From the human T2T-CHM13v2.0 reference genome, Homo sapiens, in NCBI RefSeq assembly GCF_009914755.1, contig NC_060941.1: 64,000 nt of DNA, one strand, 5' to 3'. The notes beneath the pieces are model-generated. The model ran no database searches. It saw only the letters and a list, made by a program, of their open reading frames with translations, and was not told the origin of the DNA. A program made the position numbers and the translations under genes. This document shows, piece after piece, positions 13,850 through 27,594 of this stretch; the stretch's first letter is position 1, and every line of letters begins with the position of its first letter.

Positions 13850-16800
13850 AGAATTTTTAAATTTAAATTATGTGTAATTCAAAAACACCAAAAGGGGCAG
13901 ATAGTAATAGAACATTCATGAACCCACCACCCAGCATATACATTAATATCATGCCTTATTTACTTTATACTTTATTTAAAAAATAAAATATTACAGCTAC
14001 CACTGAAGTTAATCTGAATCCCTCCTATTTACATTTTAAACACTTCAGGGCATATGTATAGTTTATAAACACTATGAAGTTTCTTGCCCTGTACATCCTT
14101 CTGTGACTTGCCTTTTTCATTTAACAGTTTTCAAGATTTATTCATGATATGCAAGTATATATATTGTTTATTTAAAAAACTATCAGATGAACATATTTAT
14201 TTATTTATTTACTCTGTGGTTGGTGGATATTTATGTTGTTTCCAAGTTCTTTCCACTAAAATAATGTGCATCCTTATGCAGTATTATCAGTTCTCTCAGG
14301 TATACTCAAAAGTGGAACTGCTGGGTCAGACTGTGTGTATTCTCACATTTAATAGGTCTTGTTGAGTTGTTTTTAAAACTACTATTTGCACTTTAACCAG
14401 AATGTTTTATGTTGGAACTTCCATTTCCCTGAAAATTCACCAACACCTAAAGTCAGATTTTAAAGTTTTTGCCAATTTTCTGTAAATGAAATGGTACAAC
14501 TGATTTTGCATTTTTCCAATTACTATGTAAGTAGAACAGCTTTTCCTTGTATATATGCTGTTTGGGTTTTTTCCACTGTTCATATTCTCAGTTGCATTAT
14601 TTGGGCTTTCTTATTGATTTCTGAAATTTTGTTGTATATTTTCAATATTGATCCTTTGTTGGCTATGTGAGTAACAAATGTCTTCTACCAATCTATGTGA
14701 TGGATTTTAATTTGTTTATAGTGTATGACTGAACAGGAACTCTTGCTTTTTAAAGTAGGCAATAATTAATCTTTTATGGTTTGTTCTGTATTGTGTCTTT
14801 AAGAATTTTTTTTTAACTTTTAGGTCATAAAGATTTACTCCTATATTATAATTTAAAAGTTTCCACATTTTGCCTTATGCAGTTGGTTCTTTACATGTCT
14901 GCAATTTCCATTATTGTATGATATGATACAGGAATATAATTTTAAAAATAACAATAGCCAGTTGTTCCAACAGCAGTTTTAAAATTGTCCATCCGTGCTT
15001 ATGTACTGTGTTTCGAAATGTACATGGACTTGATGATGGATAGAAAGCTGTTACATGAGTTTTTTTTAAATCACTTTTTCCCTAGCCCTAGGTCAATATG
15101 ATATTATTTTCTTTATGATAAATCCTAATATCTTACAGGGAATATTTTTATTTTTTCCCTCCTACTTTAAAAAATTGCTTTCCTATGTTTTCAAATCGCA
15201 TGACCTTTAACACTTCCTTATGAATTTTAGAATTGGTGTGTCAAGTTCCTTGAACACCCTTTATGGAAATCTATTTAAATACCATTGGATTTATAGTTCG
15301 TATAGATAGAAATGGTGTTTAAAATATTAAATATCTTAAGCCATATGTATAGTATCAGTGAGAGGTCAGTGCAGAAAACAAACACTCTCTAGGTATCTAA
15401 GCAGAAATGAATTTAATACAAGGAATTAGTTGTGGGCTAGCTCCTGGAATAAGTATGTATTTGTTTTTTTTTTGTTGTTTCCAGATGTATAGGGGGCAGA
15501 AACTGGCTATTTTTGTTCATTTGCTCCTTCTTCTTTTTCTTTTTTCTTTTTTTGCATTGTCATTGGACAACAGTATTGATTCTTCTGTATTTGTTGAAAA
15601 CATCCTTTGTGGCTTACAAGATTGCCAATTTTAATGAATGTTTTATGAGGATTTGCAAATGTTGGTGTGTTCTACTTATTGAGTATGAGGTTCTATATAT
15701 GACCTTTAGATCAAGCGTATGAGTTTTATGCTTAAATCTTCCCTATCTACCAGTTTTTCTGTCTGCTTGGTCAATTTCCTAAAAAAGAGCCTTAAAATGT
15801 TCCACTGTAATGATGAATTTGCTGATTTCTCCTTATACTGATGATAATTTTTGCCTTACATATTTGAGATTAAGTTGTAAAATGAATACATACAAATTTA
15901 AGCATTCCGAGTACCTGAAGAGTTATCCTTTTACCATTAACTCAGAAACTTCTATTAACTTTTTTCTTTTAAAGTCCATTTAGTCTGATATTTTAGGAGT
16001 CACACAAGCTTTCTTTTGTTTCAGATTTACTTGTATATATTTTCCATACCTTTAACTTCACATTTCTGTGTAATTATGTTTTAGTTATTGTCTCTTATAA
16101 ATACATATATCTGGGTTTTTCCTAAATTTTTATTTTGAATAATTTCAAATATGCAGAAAAGTTGAAGAAATAGAAAATAAAATCCTGGCTACCTTTCATC
16201 TAAATTTATCAATTATTTATTTTGTCACTTTTGCTTCTCTATCTATATATCAATCACACTTTTTTTAATGGAACCATCTGAACATAAGATGCAAGTATCA
16301 TGCTGCTTCACCCCTAAATAATTCAGCATTCATTTCTCAAGAATAAGAATATTATTCCACTCAACCACAATAACATTTTTTACACCTACAAAGTTAACAA
16401 TAGTTTTATAATATTTTCTAAAAGTGGTGCATAAACAAATACCCCCAATTATCCCAGAAATGCCTTTTAATGGCTTTTTCCTAATCCACGACTCAAGATT
16501 TATGCATGACACATAATTGTTATTTCCCTTGACTTTTAGAATAGTTTCTTTCATATTGAATTGTTTTAGTAGTTATTCTGAGGAATTTTCCACTTACTGG
16601 ATTTGTCTGATTGGGGTCTTATGACTAGTTACAAGTTAGATATTTTGGCAAAAATGTTTAGGTGATATTATAAACTTATTGCATCATGTCATGGAGGCTG
16701 TGATGTCAGTTGTCCCACTATTTGTGATGCAATTGATAGCTTGGTTAAGGTGGCAACCACTAGATCTTCCCATTATAAAGTTACACTTTCCTGACTGTAC

Positions 16801-18430
16801 GTAGTAAGTAATCAATGGGTGATTCTTTGCAATCAAATGAAAAGTCTAATCTGCATACCCTTTCACCCAGTGGTTGCAGCATCCATTTATGATCCTTGCC
16901 TAAATCTATTAATTATTAATAGGGGGTCAAAGAATGCAAGTTTTCAAATGTTGACATTCTTTCTACCTGAATTTTTTGGCATTCTTTTCTAAAGAAGAAA
17001 TTTTCTCCTCTCTGTCTTCCCTATTTTTCTTCCCTACTTTTTTTTTAATTGAGTAACACTGTGGACACACAGATTTCTTTTTAAATCCAATATTTTATAA
17101 TCTATTACTATAACTATTCTTTGTGATCTCAAATTTCCCAAAATTTGGAGACTGGGAACTCTTTCAAGCCAACTCCCATATCTTTTAGACATAACTCTAA
17201 TTGTCTTTGAACGTCTCTCCTTATTCTCAGGCACAACATGTTTTAGGCTTACTTTAGAAGTTCCCTGCCCCAGTTCTAGAATCAGTCTTTTTTCCAAGAA
17301 TCTTTTAGTAGACAATGATATACAGAAGCCAAGAACTGGCCACAGGTGCGCTCAATGCTAATGGCATGCCAATGCTTCTAGGCTTCCAGATCATTTTAAT
17401 GGACAGATCAAGGAACACACACACACACACACACACTGAATTGTACTGCATTGCTGAATATATCACAACTCGTTTTATCCATTCACCCATTAAAGGTCAT
17501 TTGGGTTGTTTCCAGTTTGGGGCTAATACAAATAAAGCTTCCATGAACATTTGTGTACAAGTCAATGTTTGAACAATGCTTTATTTTTTTCTCTTGGGTG
17601 AATACCTAGGAGTATGATGATTGGATTGTATGTTAAGTGTACGTTTAACTTTTTAAAAAAATTGTCAGTTTTCCAAAGCATTTGTACTGTTTTCATTTCT
17701 ACCAGCAATGTATCAGAGTTCTAGTTCCTCAGCATCCTTGCCAACACTTGCTTTGATTAATCTTTTTAATTTTAGCTATTCTAAAATAGCCATAGTGGCA
17801 CTTAATTGTGATTTTAATTTACATGACCCTATTGACTAATGTTGTTGAGCATCTTTTCATATTCTTATTTGCCACCAGTATATATTTTTTGGTGAAGTGT
17901 CTGTTTAAATTTTTTTTTTTACCTATTTTTATTGGGTAGGCTTTTTTTTATCATTGATTTGTGAGAGTTCATATCCTCAAAGTTTAATATGCACAGTTAA
18001 AGTAAACTAAAAAACACTAAAGTTAATATCTTGCATCTGCCTCCTTAACACAACTCTGATCTTGCCCTCCCTTGTTCCAGGTTTCTGTAGGTTAGAACTT
18101 TTGTTCCACTTTATTTTTATATGTGCCTTTTTTTTCTGTATTCTCCCCACCCACCCATCCCATCCCCTGGCCTCTTTATTCTCTGATTATTGGGCTTCAG
18201 TAAGAAGTGTTTAGCCTTTTCAATGTGTCCTTCGTGTTTCTTAATTACTCTTTCATGTTTTCCATTTCTTTATACCTCTGTTCTGCTTCCTGGGAATTTA
18301 CTCATCACAGCTACTTTCTTATTCCCTGATCTCTCTTGAACTGTGGTAGGGCAACCATTTTACCTTTCTTTTAAATTTTTAATTTTAATAACTATATTTT
18401 GTATTTATGGAGGGTCTACTTGGTTATTTT
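13850..18430 (-). mobile_element. Cluster of old, fragmented L1M-type elements (mostly antisense)
   Basis: T-rich tract with L1M 3'-region motifs, e.g. catttgggttgtttccagtttggggcta and gttgagcatcttttcatattcttatttgcca. Boundaries approximate. Confidence 0.7.
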
Positions 18431-18791
18431 TCAAAGTCAATGCTCTTCTCTTCCCCATCTGCATTCTGAATCACATTAAAGGTAGATGCTAATCAGACAA
18501 TGGATCAGCATTTCACCTTTATTACAAATAAAGCTGCTTGGAGAACAGGGCTTGGGTTTGTGGCAACAATAGAATTATAACACTCTGCCTATAATCAAAC
18601 TTGCCATCCAGGCACAGGCATCATTAGGAAACCTAGATTCTGGTGTCAGAGCCTGTCCTCTTGAGTCTACTATAAAACCTAAGGCAGATGAGAATGCATA
18701 TTTTCTATGAGTAGACAGTTGCCAAAAAGGAAGAGCCAGAAGGGTTGATCTAGACCTGACCAGTAGTTCCTTCTCCTAAACTCATCAACTA

Positions 18792-19135
18792 CAGTCATGC
18801 ACATCATAATAACATTTTGGTCAATGTTGGATTGCCTGTATGATGATGGTCCCATATGATTATAGCACCATATTTTTATTTTACCTTTTCTATGTTAATT
18901 AGGCTTAGATACACAAATACCATTGTGTCACAATTGCATTCAGTATTCAGTACAGTAACATGCTGTACAGGTTTGTGGCCCAGGAACAATAGGCTCTACA
19001 ATACAGCCTACATATGTAGTAGAATCTACCATCTAGGTTGGTTTAAGTGCACTCTATGATGTATGCTTTAGGATGCAATTGCCCGATGACACATTTCTCA
19101 GAATATATCCCTGTCATTAAGCAATGCATGGCTGC
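18792..19135. mobile_element. Tigger3a/MER7-like DNA transposon
   Basis: Termini cagtcatgc...gcatggctg; internal tacagtaacatgctgtacaggtttgtggcc. Confidence 0.78.
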
Positions 19136-21009
19136 ATTTAAATCACCCATCTTCTCCAGAGTAGGAGTTGAGCAAATGAGTGAGGTCAAACATTTCCCTA
19201 ATGGAAGTTCCTCCACTGGGAAACACTGCATGGGGAGGTGGGGAGAGGACCAATCATCCATTCTAAGAATATTCAGGAGCTGGTGTTGCTGGCTTTCATT
19301 CTCTCTTCCCTTTCTGAAACCTGGAAGTATCCTTTTTCACTTTTCAGCTAAACCATGTATTTACAACTATTTTCAACACGTTTTAACCAACATTTCCATG
19401 TTTGAAGCCAGGAGCTTTAGTTGCCATTTTGCCAGAAGTTGTTTCAGAGAGTTTTTTTTCACAAAGGAAACAGGCTATTAAGGCAACTTCTCAAGAACAG
19501 GCCTTCCTGGATCCCTTTCCTAGCTGTTTTTAGACTTTAGAGATACCATAAAATATTTCCTAACATTATTCTTTCATTAACTGTAATAAAATAACTGAGT
19601 GTAAATCTCAGCATATTCAAGGATATATTTATTTTTCTCCTGAGTTTATTAGGCAACACACTTTTAAACACATACAATAAATACAATTTGAAGTGCGTGC
19701 TTTATATCTTGCATGATGTCGTTTGTGTTCTTATGCTTGTCTCCATTAGTCTATTGCCATATAGTAATAAAGCTTTATCAAATCAAACCTTTATAATGGA
19801 TTCCTTGAAGATACTTGAAAATACTTCATAGCCAATAGTTTTTACACAATTGGTTTTTCAAGCAATGAATTTCCATTTAAATAAAATATGGATTTACAAT
19901 ACATAGAAAATTTACAAGGAGTTATAAAACAGTGGGAAAGTATGTCTAGCCTAAACTTTTGTGCATTTAGTCTAGGAAAATTTCACATCCCTCTTTCCAC
20001 ACCTATAAAGCCAAACAGAACCAGGACTGACTTGAGGAAAGCAATTATTTATCTCTGCTGTGTCTAACTAAGCAAGCTGCCAAATGTGATCATTTGCCTG
20101 ATTGGAAAATCACATAAATTAAGACTTTGCCATCAACTTTCTTTCAAGTAAGGAAAGAAAAGCATTTCAATATAGTAATGCAAAACAAGTGGAAATTGTT
20201 ATTGAACATTTACTTGGACGGGCACTGTGGAAAATTATTCCTTGTCCAACCACCTCCTCAGCTGTAACTGGTAGCACAATTCTTGACCCATTTTACAGAT
20301 TAGGAAACATGAGTTTCCAGAGTTTATTGGCACTCACGTGGCTGTTACATCGTTTTGATGTTCAAACGACCTACTTTATTCAAAGTCAGGTAGTACAGTC
20401 TGCTGGTGGGAAATACAGTATTACTCAAGGGACTTCAAAGGAACAAGAAGATGTTTGAGTTGCACAGTGAGCTAAATTATGCAAGTTGCAGAAATCCTAG
20501 GTGGATAGTACGACACCTTTCAGATCAGTTTCTACCCTCAAGGGTGGCAACAACCTTGTAGATCCATTATGGATTAGGTTTCTAAACTGTTTTGGTGTTA
20601 TGAACCCCTAGAGTCTTCTGGGGAATCCAATGGACCTCGTCTCAGAATAATGTTTTACAATGTATAGCAGAAAGAAGAGAAATTATATTGAAATACACTT
20701 CTGGCATTTGACCCCTTAGGATTTTTCCAGCATTTCTACTCTGCCCACCTCTCCTCTCATGTCTACCAAAGAGACTTTCTCTACTTTATTCAGAAAGGTA
20801 AATGAGAGACACTCAAACAGGTCTGTAGGTTATGGGAGTAGCAGGGAGTATGGGATGGGCTACTGAGGAGCTGTTTTTGAGGTGACATCACTGTCTCCCT
20901 TCCTTTTTCCCTTCCCTCTGGAAGCCTCCTTACTTCTCCAGCTCTTCCTTCCTTCCCCACATCAAGTCCAATTTTTCTCCTTTTACTTCTTGTCTATCCT
21001 CCTCACTCC

Positions 21010-21620
21010 TTGCTCAGCCCCGCCCGCTTTTCTAGGCCCGCCCCTCCAGGGCCCCACCCTCAGGCCGCTCCTCCAGTCTAGGCCCCGCCTTCTCCTCAGT
21101 TTCCTGCCAATGACGCTGGGGCAGCCGGGGCAGCCGGGGCAGCCCGGTCACCCCGCCCCCAGGCCCACACTAAGGGTGTCCGCGGCCTGCCCTCCAGGCG
21201 GAGGAGCCCGGACTGCGGAAGGATGGAGCTGGCCGCCGGAAGCTTCTCGGAGGAGCAGTTCTGGGAGGCCTGCGCCGAGCTCCAGCAGCCGGCTCTGGCC
21301 GGGGCCGACTGGCAGCTCCTAGTGGAGACCTCGGGCATCAGCATCTACCGGCTGCTGGACAAGGTAGCGGCCAACCCGCTGGAGGACCGCGGGGCCTAGA
21401 ATGCGCCGGGGTCGACCTCCCCGCAGGGAGTGCGGAGCGGCAGTCGCGGAAGGGACAGGGGCGGGTCTTCTCCGGCTCAGGAAGGAGCTCCGCCCGGACC
21501 CTGTCTCAAGCTCTGGAGCTAGCGCAGGGGCGGTGCCTCCAAGTGACTGCCGTGCAGATCCAGGGGAGTTGGAAGGTCACAGGAGTTCAGCCTCAGGTCA
21601 GGCCCGACGGGGCATGTAGT
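21010..21620 (+). promoter_or_regulatory. CpG-island promoter of PCTP, with no obvious TATA box
   Basis: Sharp rise in GC and CpG around exon 1. Several GC boxes (CCCCGCCC at about 21018 and 21151, GGCCCCGCC at about 21081), CCAAT at about 21107, and a (GGGGCAGCC)x3 repeat at about 21118-21144. Confidence 0.88.
21223..21363 (+). CDS. PCTP: PCTP coding exon 1 (aa 1-47)
   Basis: ATG at 21223 in a Kozak-like context (GAAGGATGG). Translates MELAAGSFSEEQFWEACAELQQPALAGADWQLLVETSGISIYRLLDK, recognised as the PCTP N-terminus. Donor AAG|GTAGCG. Confidence 0.97.
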
Positions 21621-23029
21621 TAGAAGTTAATGACAGTTGAAACGTGGGTCAGCTGGTTCCTAGGCCCGTGCACACGTCTGCAAGGGACGTTGATCCTCAC
21701 TCTCCAATGCGTGTCAGTGGCATATGGGGGCTGGGGTGGGGGAGGGGCGGTATCTTAGGGCTTGGATATAGGAGGAAAAGAAACAGAACTTTTCAAGGAC
21801 TGGATGTGCAGGGTGGTGTCAGGGGTTGCCGAGAAGGGCCCTACTGTTTTAGTGACTCGTTTCTTTTGGTTGTTGCCCCTTCCTTCCAAGTTGCTCTTAA
21901 TAAGTTGAGTCCGAATCTTCAGGCAGGAGTAAAGATGTAGGAGGAATGGGATTGGTTGTTGAAGTCTTTGGAACCAGGTAGCCATCCAGGTGGAAGGCAT
22001 TGCCCCTGAGGCCTGTCATCCAAGGCTTGTCATCAGTTGCTTTGTGTAATAGTCGCAGCATGGCAAGTAGGTTAAAAGTCGCCTGCAGGTAATGTGGGTG
22101 AAACTGAAGTTTCCTAATACAGGACCAGGATATTATAGTGTTAGAGTTAGGAGGATACCTCATGCTCACCTGGTTAAACCCCAGGTTTCATAGGTGAAAG
22201 CAACAGGCCTCAAGGGTGAAGTCACTCCTGAAATGGCCCAGATAAGTGAATAGCAGAGGTGGGATTGGAGGGTTCATGATCTTGTGAATGTCAAACATGT
22301 GGTTGCCTTTTTAGGCACTTGCATTTTTGTTTACATCAAATATAGTGTTTTTATATTTTAAAACAGAAAACAAACGTTTGCAATATTTAGAAGTTGCTCA
22401 CCTGTTAAACAGGAATGAAAACTCTGCCTGTCTCATTGCAGGAATGAAAACTCTGCCTGTCTCATTGCAGGGTTGTTAGGGGGTTCAAATCCAATCTGTC
22501 AGATATGTGTGAAAATTTGATAGCTGTAAATAACTCTACAATGCACAGGACAGTGACCCCATACCTCTCCCGGGGAAGAATTATCCAGTCCCAAATTGTA
22601 ATATTGCCAAGGTCAAGAAACCCTACTCTAAATAAATGGAGAATATAGGTATTATGAAGAAATTTCCTGTCTAAATACATATATATTTGCTTTGGATGCA
22701 GTCCGTCCCTCTCCAGTTAGTGGGACTGTAAAACATGCTATTTGGAATACTTACAAATTAGTAGGGCTGGCCTTTACATAATCCAGAACACAGCAGATAC
22801 TGCAAGTGGCTAAGCTGCCATATTTACTTTTTTTCTGTATACAGATGTTATATCTTGATGGATTACTCACTCAACAAACTCTGAATGCTTGCTGTGTACT
22901 AGGACCATTGGGTTTAACAAGATGATCAAGAAGTTCACAGTCTAGAACAGGCAGAATTAATTTCTTAGGGTAACTTTAAAAGGTACCTTAGTTTGAAAAT
23001 TGATACATTTTCAGAAAAAGTCTTTCTTT

Positions 23030-23170
23030 TAATTTTTATTTTTTAGAGATGAGGCCTTGCTATGTTGCCCAGGTTGGTCTTGGAACTCCTGGGCTCAAGC
23101 AGTCCTCCTGCCTCAGCCCTCAGCCTCCCAAAGTGCTGGGATTACAGGGATGAGCCACCACACCCAGCCA
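23030..23170 (-). mobile_element. Alu left monomer (FLAM-like)
   Basis: tgttgcccaggttggtc...cccaaagtgctgggattacagg. Confidence 0.85.
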
Positions 23171-24093
23171 GGCAAAATTCTTTTATCTTCTCTGCTATTC
23201 CATTTTTCTTACCAGCCACATCAAGGCTTTGGCCAAGTTTTGTTGATTCAACTGCTCAGACGTGTCTAGCATCTGGCTTATTTCCTCCCATTTTCTTTCC
23301 TTTATCTTTGCTACTTTGGGTACTCAGCACCCCTCACTTAGAATTGCAGTGACCTCTTAACTAGTTTTTGGCCTACCAGCTCTCTGCTCCTGTCTATCCT
23401 ACACCTTCCAGTGCAGTCAAACATCTGAGAAGCAGTGATGTTATCACTACCTTTTCAGTGGCCTATTGATTGCAGAAATAATAATAATCATCACTGTAAT
23501 AGCTAACATTTATTGCATGATTTCTTATAATTCAGGTGCTAAGTGTTTTGGAAGTATTGATTTACTCAATCCTTGCATCAACCCTATGATAAGGTACTAT
23601 GATGATCACCTTTTTACCTATATATAAATGAATGCATAGAAAGGTTAAGTTGGTTTCTCAAGATTCCAGCTAGGATCCAAACCCAGCTGTCTGCCTCCAG
23701 TCCTGTGTCTTCAACATGCTCCTGCATTGCCTCTCCAAACAGAAGGCAAATGCTGCCTGGTGGGTACACTGAACTAATTTGGTCTCAACTCACATTTCCA
23801 TCATTCTCTCCCATTACCATAGACCTGACATCTTCTGCTCTAGCGAGCCCAGACCGCTGTGCCATCTTCCCTGTATACAGACGAGGCAGTTGAGGTCCAG
23901 GGAAAGTCAGTGGCATATACAAAGCACACGGCTAAGAAGTGGTGAATAAAACTGGGATTTAGATCCAAGTCCATCTGCCCATGAAGCCCCTACTCTTTCC
24001 CCAAGCCACACACACTCTTTTTCTAATAAAGCTTCCAGCATGTGGGATGGACCGTCTTAGGAGGGTGAGTCCTCATTATTGGAAGTACAGTAC

Positions 24094-25145
24094 TGTGTTG
24101 GAGAAAAAACTCAAACTGTTTTTTTCATTATCTCAACATCACCAACAACACAGAAGCACAGAAGACTCCTGTGACCAAATGTCTGAGGATTTCTCTCCAA
24201 ACACCAAGTAAGCAGTCAGTTTTGCGGTGGACGTCAGCTAGGTGTCCTCCTGTTCAGTGTTGACACTACCTACCTGGAAATAGTGTCAGATCCCGTAGGT
24301 TGAGGTCCCAGTCCCACAAGATTAACCCCCTCTTCCCTGCCACTTGTAATGCCAGTTGAAAGCCCCAGGTTGTTTTACCTGTGCTTCTGACCAACTGGCT
24401 GTAAATAGGGGATCCCATGACCCCCTCCTTGGATTCAATTAATTTACTAGAGAGGCTGACAGAACTCAGGGAAACACTTGCTTTCATTTACTGGTTTATT
24501 ATAAAGGATACTACAAAGTATACAGATGCATAAGATGAGATATGGGGGAAGGATCTTGGAACTTCCATGCCCTCCTTGGATGCATCACCCTCCAGGAACC
24601 TCTATGAGTTCAGCTATCCAGAAACTCTCTGAACCCCCTCCTCTTGGGTCCTTTATGGAAACTTCATTGGCTAGGCATGATTGAAGCATGGACAACAGTG
24701 TTGAAATATGACTGGACAGAAAGGGTCTGATCTCATATTAATAGACTGATTGGGGAAACCCAAGAAGGCCTGTCCAGATTCTTCTGGCCTCTCCATGCGA
24801 CATTCCTTCTTCCGGGGTATGAGGCAGGACCCTCCCTGGAATGAAGGTCTTGCAACTCTTGGCTCAACTCCTGAGGCCTAAAGTGCACCAACGTACAAAA
24901 GACTGTAACGAGGGCTATGAGAGTTATGAACCAGGAACAGTGGATAGAAACCTGTGTGCGCGCGTGTGTGTATTGGATGTACAGTACTGGAGTATGTATG
25001 TGGGTGTGTGTGTATACTCTATGTCCAATACACACACGCTGCCACACATATGTATACACACATATGTAAATTATATATTTATATACACACATATACATAT
25101 GTATGTATATGTATACATTTTGTATATATAGCTCATAATATCACA
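24094..25145 (-). mobile_element. MER21-like solo LTR with internal TA/TG simple repeat
   Basis: TG...CA termini, 5-bp TSD AGTAC (24089-24093 and 25146-25150), and the MER21-like motif acctacctggaaatagtgtcagatccc. Confidence 0.8.
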
Positions 25146-26834
25146 AGTACTGTATTCAGAAAGGAGACCAGAGACAATTTGTTTATATACTTCATTGAGC
25201 CTTTATTGAGGATCTGCAATGGGTCAGATTTCCATCTATGGAAATGGATCTGAGATAGAGTTGCTCCCCTGAAGATTCTAGTGGCTTAGTTATGAAGTTA
25301 TGGGCGTCGGTTGGACTGATGGTCCTTTAAGGACCCAATTGTGCATAGCATGCTTGCCACTGTGTGGTACGAGCTGGTTGTGACGACCCTTCGCTTTGCT
25401 TCCCACACTCAGCATAGAGGTGGCCAACCTAAGGCCAAAGCTATGTGGCTTCTTGGGGCTCTTGAGCAAGATTTGAAACAAGAATAGAGAAAAAGAAAAT
25501 TGTGACCATGATTTAAATGATGCTGTAACAAAGTTACTGTTACATGTTTTTAAAAGACTGAAAGAAGAGTAGAGGCTCTTGAAAGAGATTTCAATGTAGC
25601 AAATTGTATTTTGAAATAAAAATAATAGAATTGTGTCCTTTTTTTTAGTAGACACAAATTATTCTGAATCCTGTTCTTGGACAAGTGGGCAATTTTGATG
25701 TACAGCTTTTGATAATTTTTTTTTGTTTTCTATTTTTCTCTTAAATCACAAAATTCTGGACTGGAAAGTTTCTTCTAAGCCATGCTGTCCAACACCATTA
25801 TCTTTTTCCTCTACTTCTTCTTTCTTTGCCTACTCTATTTCCTTCCTCTCTTATTTCTTCTCCATGTTGTAATGATAATAACTTTATTTGATGCTGCAAA
25901 TTATAAATGCTGTCATATAAGTTTTCACTTATCCTTCTAAAGAGATGTGGAAGATAGGCAAAAATGGGCTTACTTTACAAATGGAAATAAGATCCAGAGT
26001 TGTTGAGCGAGCCACATGAGACCTCATAACTAATAACTAATGTGAACAGTCTACTATGATAAACTCAGTACCAAATACACAACTTGCTTCCATACAAGAA
26101 CTACATTCTGTTTCCGGAGGCTAAAGCAAAACTAGACCAGGGCTGCCATGGGTATTGTGGGAAAAGCACGGATTTTGGAGTCAGATAGTCCTGTGTGAGA
26201 GTCTCAGCTCTGTTCCTCTATCATTCATTTAAGCATTTGGGAGATATTCATCAACTGCCTCCCATGTGCTACTGTCTTCACAGACCCTGGGGATAAGTGG
26301 TGAAGAAGGAACATGGTGCTGCTGCTTCAATGAATGAGCTTCTTGAACATGGATCATATTCATTGATGAGAATAAGCCCATAGTATATGATGAAATGTCC
26401 AGTGGAAAATGCTATAAAGTACTTTAAAGAAAATGTTATAAAGAAAATAAAGCGAGATAAAAGGATAGAGAGATGGCATGGCAGGGTAGCCAGGGGTGAT
26501 GTGATGTGTTTCAGATAAGGGAGTCCAGAAAGGCCCTCTGTGGAAGTAACATTTGGCCGATTTGAATAATGCAAATATCTGGAGGAGAAATGAATCTGAG
26601 AGTGTTTCTCAAAGTTCAAGCACATTGGAATCACTCGAGACAGCTTTACAAACCATACCAAGCCCTACCTTAGGGATTCAGGTTTAACTGGTCTAGGGTG
26701 GGGCTTTGGTGGTCCTTTTGAGAGGCTCCCCCTTCACATAGGGGTTAATTATTTTGTCCTCTCTACTTTCGTGTATGTTTGAAATCTTTCATAATAAAAC
26801 CGTTTTATACACGTGTGTGTGTGTGTATTATGAA

Positions 26835-26866
<32 letters not shown>

Positions 26867-27097
26867 TATATATATTTAGGCTTCTCAGGAGATTCATATG
26901 AACATGCTGGCTTTTAAGCCACTGAGATAGAGGGAACACTGGGTTCTAGTCCCTCAGCCAGGCTGAGCTTGCCTCATTTTCCAGGAGGAGCCAGGAGGCC
27001 CACAGGACTGGAGTGGATATGAGATTGAAGAGTGGCCAGGGGCCAGGCCCTACTTACTGGCCAGGTGATATTGATCAGTTACTTTTTCATTTTGAAA

Positions 27098-27561
27098 TCT
27101 CAGTTTCCTCATTTGCAAAACCTGGATAATACTTACCTTTCAGGGTTGTTGAGAGGATTGAACGAAATGATAACATGGCAGAATTGTTCTCAAACTTGAG
27201 TGTGTATTGGAATCTCAAATTTGAGCATGCATTGAGTGTGCATTTGGATATATATATCTACACACACAAAAGCATGCATTGAGTGTGCATTAGAATATAT
27301 ATACACACACATGCTTGTGTGTGTATATATGTATATATATACACATATATACATGTATACATATATACACATATATGTGTATATACACAAGCATGTGTGT
27401 GTGTGCATATATATTCTAATGCACACTCAATGCATGCTCAAGTTTGAGATTCTAATACACACTGAAGTTTGAGAACCATTCTGCCATGTATCATTTCATT
27501 CAATCGTCTCAACAACTCTGAAAGGTAAGTAGTATCCTGGTTTTGCAAATGAGGAAACTGA

Positions 27562-27563
<2 letters not shown>
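27098..27563. repeat. Long inverted repeat (fold-back palindrome)
   Basis: 27098-27244 is the reverse complement of about 27418-27563 at roughly 90% identity (by eye); the inner segments are also complementary. Confidence 0.93.

Positions 27564-27594
<31 letters not shown>

Noticed and set aside
19047-19481. 144-aa ORF
   Set aside because: Starts inside a Tigger3-like transposon and shows no recognisable protein features.
20882-21619. ORFs of 146, 82 and 72 aa over the promoter and exon 1
   Set aside because: Off-frame or antisense products of GC-rich, stop-poor CpG-island DNA; the real frame starts at 21223.
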